From positions 15,934,001 through 15,998,000 of the forward strand of contig OZ024758.1 of NCBI GenBank assembly GCA_964016885.1: a stretch of 64,000 nt of DNA. The letters run 5' to 3'. Below the pieces are notes generated by a model. That model had not been told where the DNA came from, did not search any database, and saw nothing but the letters and a program-made list of their open reading frames with translations. Position numbers and translations under genes: made by a program. Shown here in pieces: positions 53,701 through 64,000 of the stretch. The stretch is from Eledone cirrhosa. Its lineage: Eukaryota. Numbering within the stretch: the first letter of the stretch is position 1; each line of letters starts with the position of its first letter.

Positions 53701-55982
53701 TTGACACCCCCACCCCCACAAAATTGTAAAACCCAGTTACATCCCTTGCACCATAAGACAACCATAGTTACCAACGATTACGAAGGATTATTTGGATGCA
53801 TAAAAAGATATATATTAGCATTTATTAAGCGTATACATGAACGATTGACAAATATATTCTTAATAGTTACTTATACGACTGAACTTGGGAAAATCTTTGA
53901 ACAGGATCTAAAACATTAGCATAAAAATAAACGAGGTGTCTTTGTTGAAACGGTGTCATTTTTTACTGTCTCCGGCTAATAGTTGAAATAGCTCACGAAG
54001 TATTTTCTATCGCCTCTCAAATGGATTAATAGAAGCTCTACTATATTTTATTAAACTCATTATTTATTTACTTATAGTTTTGACAATTTTAACTATGCTT
54101 TTTTATGCGGTAACATGGGTTATTACGGTGTAAGATGAATTATGACCTAGTTAATAGAGTAGGGTGAACTTTTTTTAATGTCCCATGTTATGTTTTTATA
54201 TAAAATGAATAAATATATACAGTTTTAACCAAAAGAAAAATGTCTGATATTAAGATATTCTGAAGTACACGGTCAGTATAGAGAAGTGAAGATGGGTATA
54301 AATATATAAATATATCTATGGTTAATAAGGTCGTTTTGCAACCACGTGGTTCTGTTTTCGATCTCACTGTGTGGTAACTTAGCCAAGTGTGTTCTTATCA
54401 GAACACTCCAAATAAAAGACAAAACAGAAACATATTAAACGTAGCATGTGACTGTTTGGCAAACTTCTCAAAATACGCCTTCTTTGCAGCTTGATCTGCT
54501 AGAAACAGCACTGAAATCTCCCTCAAACTGGATAAAGCTAGATCTATATGCACTAAATTTCAATAAAAATGGTCATAGCTGGAAAGTCGTAGCTAATACA
54601 TACGCCTCCCCCCAATATATACACACTCCACCAGCATTCTAATAAATATGTGTATACATTTTTTGGGACATCTTGTATATATCTGCTGGACCAGGGCGTT
54701 ATATCATAAAATCGAATGAGTTGGAAAAAAATATATTTCGTGTAGCAGATAACTACGTTAAAATATCGGTAAAGAGTAATCTAAAAAAACAATAACCTTA
54801 GGTGGTGAAATATTAATTTTTATACACTTTAGCATATTATAAATGACAGCCAAATAGGGAATCCCTGACAATAGATGTCGAAATAAGAGAAAAACGAAAA
54901 TATATCGTCCGAATCATAGGATTTATTGCGTTAGAGAAAAGGTTACGGTTCGTTGAGGTTCCCTCGTCGGCTCATATGTATGTGTGTTTAATCAGGGTAA
55001 CCACAGTTAGTAAGGTACTCAATACATTAGTAGAGTGTAAACATCGAGTTTAATATAGAAATGGCTTCTACAAGACTAGAACTATTTTATTCAAAAGAAA
55101 TCATCGGGGCTATCCCGATGATTTCTTTATATATATATATAGGAAAGTGTTCAAGACCCCGACGGCAGAGCTCAAGCCGTTTCGACGGCTATATATATAT
55201 ATATGAGGGGAGTAGATCAAATGAATCGGACCAGATATTTTCATTTTCTTATTTTGAGATCTCTTATCAAAGTTTCCCATCAGATAAATAAAATATCTCC
55301 CAAGAAAACTGTTGTTATTTTGCCCAAGGTAGGCTTAAATTAAACAGACTTACCATCAAAGACATTCCAGATGTGACAATCCCGTCATTTTAGCTATCTA
55401 ATACTATATTATCCGATGTATAAAAGATAGCAGGGTGTAATTAGAAATATTTTTAGATATAACCCAACGACCAAGAGATGACGTAGTTTAAGATATTTGA
55501 TATATTTATGTGTATTATATTTGTTATATGTGTTTATATTTTATTCCTGAAAAAAAATGTCAGCAATTTATAAAGTTATATAATTTATAATGTTCTTTAA
55601 TTGTCAATTTACTTTCGTAATAAATCCTTATTTCTACGTTTGCCATGTAAACAATATTTTAGTCGAAAATAAAATAAATAAAGCTGATTCTTAAACTATC
55701 AATTAATTCAGCTAAGATATTATATAAAATACAAAACAGCAATCGGGTTGTAAATATATTTTAAGAGAGGAATAAAGTAAAATAACATTAAACATGACAT
55801 CAATAAAATGCTTTCTAAGTATGCGGGGTATGAGGCAAGATTGCACAGCGCAGCCATTCACTGTTTCATAGTTATAAATATACTAACCGAGCTATTTCTT
55901 GATGGTAATCATAATTTTCATCTTGTAATACCCATTCATTCTTTCCCAGGAGTGGATTGAACTGGGAAACGAATATACTCAT
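36715..55982 (-). CDS. PRMT7: Protein arginine N-methyltransferase 7 (681 aa, 14 exons)
   Basis: Exons 55982-55888, 52618-52582, 51489-51340, 50545-50437, 49483-49371, 47911-47679, 46494-46281, 45586-45456, 44335-44206, 42778-42695, 41437-41309, 40567-40343, 39404-39247 and 36952-36715 total 2046 nt in frame. Motifs: [32 protein letters not shown], double-E loop [19 protein letters not shown], and a degenerate second PRMT module ([18 protein letters not shown]). Confidence 0.96.
37095..37770. repeat. Degenerate satellite of 8-bp subunits (TAGAACTG/TTGAACTA/TAGATCTA)
   Basis: Direct inspection; lies in the last PRMT7 intron. Confidence 0.9.
38312..38375 (-). ncRNA. Hammerhead ribozyme motif, homologue of the 7556 copy
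   Basis: Minus strand TATTTTGT-CTGATGA-AAGCATACCA...TGGTATCCCT-GAAA-ATGTATA-ATGAAATA. Flanks are shared with the 7312-7668 element. Helix II differs in sequence but still pairs (ATACCA/TGGTAT). Confidence 0.55.
39452..39668. mobile_element. piggyBac-type MITE (TTAA target, CCCTTTAGCATTTA TIR)
   Basis: TTAA-CC(C)TTTAGCATTTA...TAAATGCTAAAGGG-TTAA. About 15 full or partial copies, e.g. 22062-22272, 26815-27026, 27362-27590, 36091-36626, 43806-44032 and 50147-50382. Confidence 0.8.
41498..41694. mobile_element. hAT-like MITE
   Basis: Imperfect terminal inverted repeat CAGACCTGCCAAC / GTTGATAGGTCTG. Confidence 0.5.
46587..46907 (+). mobile_element. RTE LINE 3' fragment
   Basis: [22 protein letters not shown], same family as 7760-8285, with a (TGA)n tail. 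Confidence 0.85.
47170..47595. repeat. (CAC/CCA)n compound microsatellite
   Basis: Trinucleotide tract in PRMT7 intron 6. Confidence 0.95.
47915..48200. repeat. ~80-bp tandem triplication of a SINE A tail at the PRMT7 exon-6 acceptor
   Basis: AAAATAAGAGAAACAAATTAATAAT..TTCTACGTTAGGCACAAGGCCAGCAATTACCCAGTGTATTACTGGTACTTT, about 3.5 copies. Confidence 0.85.
50818..51125 (-). mobile_element. RTE LINE 3' fragment
   Basis: [31 protein letters not shown]. Confidence 0.85.
52901..53232 (+). mobile_element. tRNA-derived SINE family B with RTE-derived tail
   Basis: TGGCTTAGTGGTTAG (A box), GAGTTCAATTC (B box), TGTCCTTGAGCAAGACACT core, GGAAGGGCATCCAGC, and tail CCCACCCTTGCAAGCAGGGAAAAG. Copies at 18062-18428, 23130-23438, 41718-42048, 35455-35720(-) and 17365-17510(-). 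Confidence 0.85.
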
Positions 55983-56881
55983 TGTGGATCGAAGTTGAAG
56001 AGACGTCAATATAGATTTTAACATTAAAACAACGTGATCCAGATGAAATATGTTAAAAAACAACAAAAACTAACAAGGGACATAACTCTATACTATTGAC
56101 TTCCTTTTCTTACTTCCAGTAATAGAAGTTGAATTATGTCACCGACCCTTCGCCGGTTTCGACGACGATTGTTTCAGTTGTTCGATCAACGGAACAGATA
56201 TAATTATCTATAAATAAATATATATATATATATATATACACCAGATCCAAACACAAAGGAACCAAATGCTCACCGTCACTACCTTCGTCTCTCCCGCCCT
56301 CCCCTGTCTCTCACTATTATGAGCAAATGGGGAGCCCACGCGCTGGTCACCTCGCGGCCCCGGTGCGCAGAATAGAGAAGGCTTTTCCCCGGAGGATGGT
56401 GAAGGAGACGCGTTGGAAGATCCATTTAAACAAAATCCAGTTAAGCAAAATTCACCGTCTAGCCATGGATGCAAAGTTTAACGGTCTACAATCCCCTCTT
56501 TTCCCCTTCTTTTTTTTTGTTATTGAAAGTAAAATTACAAATAGCAAATATATACGAGGCTCGGCTGAAAAGTTCATAGGTTGACCAAGATACTCTCATG
56601 AAATGACCAAATGAGGTTTATTTTTCAACGTAGTCCTTGGAAAGAAACAATGCAGTTATTAATAGGAAGAAGAGTTGAAATTAATGCATGCAAGATTTCA
56701 CGACGCTAGCATCACTCCATCATAGTCAACCTGTGAACTTTTCAGCCTATCCTCGTACCACCACCATTTCCACTACTACTATTAGCAACGAGGAAATGGT
56801 TTTGTTGACGCATGCGCACTGTGTTCAATTTGCCATGTGAATTTTTACCGTATTTTATGTCCCAAATTTATTTACACAAAC
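55983..56881. promoter_or_regulatory. Putative bidirectional promoter of PRMT7/CHCHD4 with an NRF1-like site
   Basis: The divergent ATGs are ~900 bp apart and CpG is locally retained. ACGCATGCGCA at 56808-56818 resembles the NRF1 consensus TGCGCATGCGCA. Confidence 0.5.
56552..56757. mobile_element. Tc1/mariner-type MITE (TA-CGAGG...CCTCG-TA)
   Basis: TIR CGAGG-N-GGCTGAAAAGTTCA/TGAACTTTTCAGCC-N-CCTCG with TA flanks. Relatives at 8480-8820, 27175-27245, 61830-62760 and 63710-63780. Confidence 0.75.
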
Positions 56882-59800
56882 ATGAGTTATTGTCGAAAAG
56901 AAGGTAAGAATTTAAACAGTAATTATCAAATTATCCGGTGAAAAATCGATATTCGATGACTGGCGGTTGAATCATTTTACGGTTGCATTGAAAACCAATG
57001 TTTTACAGTCATAACCTTTAATGTATTATTTATATATACTCGTCCCAAGTATGTGACCTTTACGGTATTCCCAATGACTTAAAACATTGAAAGAAAGTAT
57101 CGAAAATAAAAAAATTGCGAAATTATGTTCCCATTGCTTAAATGAAAAATAATAATCATTATAATTTAAAGGTATTGACGAAATAATTAACTGAACAAAA
57201 TATGATAAATCTAACGTTTAATTTAACCCTTTATCGTTTACATAACTCTATATACTATTGTATTTTCACGGTAAAGGTTTTATTTACCTTACATAATATT
57301 GAATCTATGAGATTTTGATATTTATTTTGAGAACAATATTTTAACATCAGTATGAGCGGCCAATTTGAACAGAAAGGTGAAAGAATTCTAGCCAGATACG
57401 GCCGGTTTAATGTAGGTCTAATACCATAAGACGTCTTTTTAAAAATCTCACCAAGAACTACCGAAAGACGTTTTTCTTCATAATTATTTTAATATTATTT
57501 ACATGACTAAATATTCATAAATGTTGACATACTAGTTTAATGTTGTCCCCAATGGAAAGTATTGGGACATTAATATGTACACACATGTCCTTCATAATAT
57601 TGGTTCCATTTACCAATTCTCTAGCCGGTTACTTATATTATTTAAACAAATAGACTATTTTGCCGGCAAATATGAATAGGGTTAAAGGTTAGATTTTAAA
57701 TTGCCTTAACAATGGTGGTGAAAATTAATAAACTTCTGTGTTAAATCTGTGTGCTGTTATTTTTAACATGATCTGCCTTCATAACAATAGAAATATTTAC
57801 CGTCAAAACAGCCTTTTCCTTATCTAAACCTAAACGAAATGACCCTTGCCAATTAGGTAGCCTCCACGTTTGTTGCATGTCCAGCTAGAAATAGCAACAA
57901 CAGTCTCCCTCAAAATATTCGTTATTGTCTTAAAACAGGGCTACATCGGACAATGTAGTCAAAGGTATATTTCTTCATTATAAAAAAAAAAAAGAAAGAT
58001 GTATCGCTGTAGAATTATTAAGATAGTTATGAAGCTTTATTATGTCACATCATGCATATAATATCTCCACGGCTTGAATGCTTTTGATGGCATTCGCTTC
58101 GCTATGAGCGACTTAGCGGTAAACATTACAATTAAAACCGGTCCTTTCAGATTATGTGATTCTTTTATCCCCCTGCTTTTGTCTTATCAACCAAACTTCA
58201 GATTGTGTAGACAGAATAGTGTCCGATATATAAAATAAGGATCTTTGTTTATTCAGAATTTTTAAAGGTGAAAAATATTGGTTGATCATTTCAGTGTAGA
58301 AGTCGTATTTTGAAAATTTAACCTTCGCCTTATTTCTTTTATGTATTTCTCTGGTACACCATTACAGAAGAACAAAAGTATACCTTTGATTATTAAATCA
58401 ATTCATTAAAAATGAAAGGCAAAAATCAGGATTTCAACCAGAACCATAAAAGCTTAACTTGATACCCAATACAATATTTCGTCCGTGTCAACCTCTTTTG
58501 ACATTGTTATATAAAATATATTGCTGTTAGAGTTATCTCCCCTGTTACAATGATTGTTTTTACTGTTTTTTACACTTCTTTCCGTTCACACCTACAATGC
58601 TTTATATGACGAAATGAATTGACACCAGATCATCCCAACATTTGAGCTTGTCGAAACTTCTACTACTACTACAGGGGGTCGTCGTCGTGGAGGCAGAGTC
58701 CTCAAACACTCCCTCCAGCGGGTCCTGTCAAAAGCAACCGTCTCCATCTGATCCAGCTGGATCCCCAAGCGAGACCATCCAAGCTCATAGATGTTATCCA
58801 ACCATCTTGCTCCGGGTCTACACCTGGGCCTCTTGCCGGTTGGTTTTGCCCGTAAAATCTGTCCAGCGAAACTCTTTCCTCATAACTTTGTTAACTATTG
58901 TTATATTTGAAGATGGTTACGTCTCCATTATTATTGCCTATAATAAAGTACCAGTGACACACTGGGGGTCGATTTAATCGACATTCCCCTCCTCCAAAAT
59001 TGTTGGCCTTGTTCCTAAATCAGAATCCATTATTATTGCCAATAAAAAGAAACACACACACCATATAATTTTCACTAGAGTGGCACCCCAACGACTGGCT
59101 GCACCAGTGGCACATCTAGAGTGGCACCCGAACGACTGGCTGCACCAGTGGCACATCTAGAGTGGCACCCAAACGACTGGCTGTACCAGTGGCACATCTA
59201 GAGTGGCACCCAAACGACTGGCTGCACCAGTGGCACATCTAGAGTGGCACCCGAACGACTGGCTGCACCAGTGGCACATCTAGAGTGGCACCCGAACGAC
59301 TGGCTGCACCAGTGGCACATCTAGAGTGGCACCCCAACGACTGGCTGCACCAGTGGCACATCTAGAGTGGCACCCCAACGACTGGCTGCACCAGTGGCGC
59401 ATCTGGTGTGGTACCCCAACGATTTAAATGCTAAAGGGTTAAAATAAATAGCTTAGTATTGTAAAAACAAGAGAAGCTTCAAGTGGTTTCGTATAAAAAA
59501 GGTTAATGTTGTTTTTTTGGTGCTATAATATAATTGAATCCGATGTCTGATTTCTGGAAAAAGAGGAATTATGTCTCATCTATTTTGTTAAAGGGAAAGA
59601 CCAAATTATTTTTGTTACAAAAGAAGATTATGAAAAACCGAGCACTGCACTCGTGACATCAATAAGTGATGAAGAGGAAGAACCAGGTAAGTTTGGCTTT
59701 AGTCACTTTGATTATTTATTGATTAGTTTATCTTATTTCAGGCTATTCCAGCAGCTCAGATGAAGTAGAGGGTGGGCCGAAAGTCACTTCTTACCTATTT

Positions 59801-61339
59801 TTATTATTACAAAGGGTGGTCGATTGGCAGTATCGGTAAAGGGTCTGACGCCATGCTTTGCAGCGCAGAGTTATGACACCTTTACGTTCTGAGTTCAAAT
59901 CCTGCCGAAGTTAACTTTGCCCTTCATCCTTACGGAGTCGATAAAATAAAGTACCAGTAATGCACTGGGATAATTGCTGGCCTTGTGCCAAAAGTAGAAA
60001 CAATTATTACAAATTATCATTACAAATTAACTCAAAACTAATTTATCTTGGAGAGTGTATTCTTCCATAATTGGATCTTGTTTTTATTCAACTTTAATCT
60101 GAAAGAAAAATAATAATGTCTTGTTCATACAGAACTGTTTCTTGCTTAGCTTCTACGGCTGGATGCCAACCACATTTACAGAGTGTACTGGGTGCTTTTT
60201 ATTGTGACTCCAAAACGACCACTTTACAATGTGGACTAGGCGCTTTTGGTCGTGGTACCAAAACGATCCCTTTACAGTGTGGACAAGGCACTTTTGGTCA
60301 TGGTACCAAAACAACCAGTTTACCAGTTTGTGCAATTGAGCTTGTAACTATTTCGTTACTATATTTTTAATGAATTAACCTGTGTTTCAATTTATTCTGA
60401 AATTTGTTACCGTTATATTTATTTATATATTTATTCAAGGTTTGTCCAAAAAGTAAGGCTATTGATGTTTTATTTAAATGTACATTAGATGTGTAAGGCG
60501 GCGAATTGGCAAAGTCAAAATGTCGGATATAATGTTTTGCAAGGTCAACTTTGCCTTTCATCCATTCGAGGTGGATAAAGTACCAGTCTAGTTACTGGAG
60601 CTGATTCTTCCTCTATACATCTTTTCCATACTGGCATAAGTTTGTGTTAAAGAATTGTTTCAATATCAGAATTGTTGAGTTTCACACAAAATTTGATTGC
60701 ATGTTGCTGTACCATATTTTCTATTACATATGTAATAGAGGTTATAAACACGTCTGTACATAAACAGCAATAACTCTTGACTCACTCAATTGATCATGTT
60801 GAAACAAGTATGTATGTGCAGTTCATATACATAAACGAGGTGCTGTGTTACCATGTCGTACATAGGGAAATTAGTACCCTTACTTTTGGGACAAATCTCA
60901 TATAACGTTATTACATGTTCTAGTTGACAGGCTGAGGCCATGCTGGGGCACCACCATTATATAAACTTTAAACATTTTTTTTTTAGGTTTGATTCTTAAA
61001 GATGGAAGCATCAACTGGAATTGTCCATGTCTTGGCGGTATGGCTTCAGGCCCTTGTGGTGTACAGTTCCGAGACGCATTTTCCTGTTTCCACTACAGTG
61101 AGATGCAGCCAAAAGGCTCTGAGTGCTACGACGCCTTCAAAACTATGCAAGAATGTATGAGTGAATATCCTGACCTTTATCCAAGCAAAGATGATGATGA
61201 TGTAGCTGAAATTGACTCTAAAAAAGACTCAGAAACTGTTCAAAATAAGGATGAATCTGACACTATTGTCACCTCAACACCACCGCCTCCACCACCACCA
61301 GCATCATCATCATCAACATCATCAGTTGAAGTATCTTGA
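56882..61339 (+). CDS. CHCHD4: Mitochondrial intermembrane space import oxidoreductase MIA40/CHCHD4 (155 aa, 3 exons)
   Basis: Exons 56882-56903 (MSYCRKE), 59594-59686 ([14 protein letters not shown]...) and 60987-61339. Contains [24 protein letters not shown] (CPC motif) plus twin CX9C. Confidence 0.95.
59075..59422. repeat. 41-bp minisatellite (~8 copies) in CHCHD4 intron 1
   Basis: Tandem CTAGAGTGGCACCCGAACGACTGGCTGCACCAGTGGCACAT. Confidence 0.95.
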
Positions 61340-61829
61340 CCTAAGCATTTAGTTAGCCAAATGAATTACAATTTTTATTTAATAACTCTGAAGTTTGTTG
61401 ATCGTTTTCAGGGCTATCAGATTTTATCTGCTAATGTCCTTGTTTTAGAGTCAAATATAGGTATTTGATTCCTTCTAAGTTTATTACCATTTAGTATCAG
61501 ACTAGCATGGCGTCCGAAGATACTATGGATAGATAATTGTGCCTAAAGTAGAAGCAATTATCTATCTATAGTATCTTCGGACGCCATGCTTTCCAGCATA
61601 GTTACGTCCCTTTACAATCTGAGTTCAAATCCCGCCGAGGTTGACTTTGCCTTTCATCCTTACGGGGTCGATAAAATAAAGTACCAGTAATGCATTGGGG
61701 TAATTGCTGGCCTTGTGCCTAAAGTAGAAGCAATTATCTATCTATAGTACATCTGGTTTTTCTGAATTAGGTTTCTTGCTCTGAAAAATAACAAAGAACA
61801 AGTTGGCTACAATTTTTGATTAACATGTA

Positions 61830-62758
61830 AAGGTCAGCTGAAAAGTTCATAGGCTGACTAAGATACTCTCATGGATTGACCAAATGGGGTTTAATTTTCA
61901 ACATAGTTCCTAGAAAGAAACAATGCAGTTATTAATAAGAAGTGTTGAGAGTCAGCTGAAAAGTTCATAGGCTGACTAAGATACTCTCATGGATTGACCA
62001 AATGAGGTTTAATTTTCAACATAGTTCCTAGAAAGAAACAATGCAGTTATTAATAAGAAGTGTTGAGAGTTGGCTGAAAAGTTCATAGGCTGACCAAGAT
62101 ACTCTCATGGAATGACCAAATGAGGTTTAATTTTCAACATAGTTCCTAGAAAGAAACAATGCAGTTATTAATAAGAAGTGTTGAGAGTTGGCTGAAAAGT
62201 TCATAGGCTGACCAAGATACTCTCATGGATTGACCAAATGAGGTTTAATTTTCAACATAGTTCCTAGAAAGAAACAATGCAGTTATTAATAAGAAGTGTT
62301 GAGAGTTGGCTGAAAAGTTCATAGGCTGACCAAGATACTCTCATGGAATGACCAAATGAGGTTTAATTTTCAACATAGTTCCTAGAAAGAAACAATGCAG
62401 TTATTAATAAGAAGTGTTGAGAGTTGGCTGAAAAGTTCATAGGCTGACCAAGATACTCTCATGGATTGACCAAATGAGGTTTAATTTTCAACATAGTTCC
62501 TAGAAAGAAACAATGCAGTTATTAATAAGAAGTGTTGAGAGTTGGCTGAAAAGTTCATAGGCTGACCAAGATACTCTCATGGAATGACCAAATGAGGTTT
62601 AATTTTCAACATAGTTCCTAGAAAGAAACAATGCAGTTATTAATAAGAAGTGTTGAGAGTTGGCTGAAAAGTTCATAGGCTGACCAAGATACTCTCATGG
62701 AATGACCAAATGAGGTTTAATTTTCAACATAGTTCATAGAAAGCAACAATGCAGTTAT
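61830..62758. repeat. 118-bp tandem satellite (~8 copies) derived from a mariner MITE
   Basis: GCTGAAAAGTTCATAGG recurs every 118 bp (e.g. 62073, 62191, 62309). Confidence 0.93.
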
Positions 62759-62874
62759 ACCAATACATATATACCGATGCAAGCTTGGAAAAGTGGATGG
62801 CTTATCCTCAAGAAGTTACAACGTAACAACTGTGTATAAACAACTTATCTTCTGCAATATATGCATATATATAT

Positions 62875-63092
62875 ATCCAGCCGACATCCAGAGTTGACAT
62901 TGCACTCAGTGCTCCTTTGGGAGCCCCTACATGGACACACTAGAAGAGGAAGACCAAGGTTAACATATGTTGATGCCCTAAGGACAGACACTGGTCTGTT
63001 GGAGATGCAGGATATGGCAGCGATAATGAGGGACAGAGACCGCTGGAGAGAACTCGTCCATGGATCTCGGGAATTTTACCCGCCTTAGATAG
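62875..63092 (+). mobile_element. LINE (RTE-like, different family) 3' fragment
   Basis: HPELTLHSVLLWEPLHGHTRRGRPRLTYVDALRTDTG...MRDRDRW is a typical RTE C-terminus. Confidence 0.7.
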
Positions 63093-63119
63093 ATATATAT
63101 ATATATATATATATATATA

Positions 63120-63303
63120 GTTTTAATATAGAAGAGATTCTACAGGACTAGAACTGTTTCATTCTTTAGAAATCATCTGATGATTTCTAAAGAATGAAAC
63201 AGTTCTAGTCCTGTAGAATCTCTTCTATATTAAAACTTTTATACTCTGCAATGTATTGAGTACCTTACTTACTGTGGTTACCTCCGACTCAACCCGGAAT
63301 AAC

Positions 63304-63305
<2 letters not shown>
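63120..63305 (+). mobile_element. Fold-back element (palindrome 63120-63236) with hammerhead-like core
   Basis: CTGATGA (63177-83)-TTTCTAAAGAAT-GAAAC-AGTTCTA-GTC, followed by a GTATTGAGTACC tail, between (TA)n tracts. Relatives at 38740-38870, 40650-40821 and 54990-55130. Confidence 0.5.
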
Positions 63306-63368
<63 letters not shown>

Positions 63369-64000
63369 CACACATTTAAATTCGGTGGTTTATTACTGCA
63401 ATGTTAACCATTACGTAATATGAGAAAAGCACTCAACGTTATGCAACTCATCCATCTCTGATGTTGAATCATTTTTGGCCTCCTGTAATTTAACTTTATA
63501 TAATATACATACATATATATATATATATATATGTACATTTCAATGTGGTCTACCCTTCGTGGTAGTTGAAATAACTTGACTTTGTTATTGTTTTCATTGT
63601 TAAATTAATATCTAATATATATATGTACACACACACATACACAATTGAAAGTGGTATATCTTTTCAATTGTTCTTTCCAGTTGTAATCCTACTAGTTTTT
63701 ATAAAATACAGAAATGCATGCAAGATTTCGCAGCTCTAGCATCACTTCTTCACAGTCAGTCTAAACTTTTCAGCTGACCTTTATCTAAGCAATATAGTTG
63801 CATGAATTCATTAGAAAATACATCTCTAAGATTTTCTTTTAAATCAACAAAATTTAACTGCTGTTTCAGTGTGTGTAAAATGCATTTCATGCTCTGATTT
63901 ATTTTGGTTGGTAATTCAGTGGAGGGACAGCACCCTTAATCTCTGTAGGCTCTCTCAGACTGTTAATACCAATATAGTTGATGTCAGCTTGACATTGTGT

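Overview
AT-rich, repeat-dense eukaryotic genomic DNA. The SINE, RTE and MITE landscape and the gene sequences point to an octopod cephalopod (inference). I reconstructed five spliced genes by hand from GT-AG boundaries and reading-frame continuity: the 3' end of a two-pore channel TPC1 (+), a small death-domain-like gene (-), complete TIMM17 (-, 7 exons, 166 aa), complete PRMT7 (-, 14 exons, 681 aa) and complete CHCHD4/MIA40 (+, 3 exons, 155 aa) head-to-head with PRMT7. There is also a degenerate 5S rRNA copy, two tRNA-derived SINE families, RTE and CRE-like LINE fragments, piggyBac/mariner/hAT-type MITEs and several minisatellites. The most interesting signal is a set of short elements in (TA)n tracts that carry minimal type I hammerhead ribozyme motifs (CTGATGA...GAAA...NUH with pairing helices), resembling Penelope-like or retrozyme elements. 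Many of them are fold-back palindromes that turn at the ribozyme core. Two sense-strand copies lie just downstream of the TPC1 stop codon. Most ORFs in the supplied track are microsatellite or repeat artefacts.
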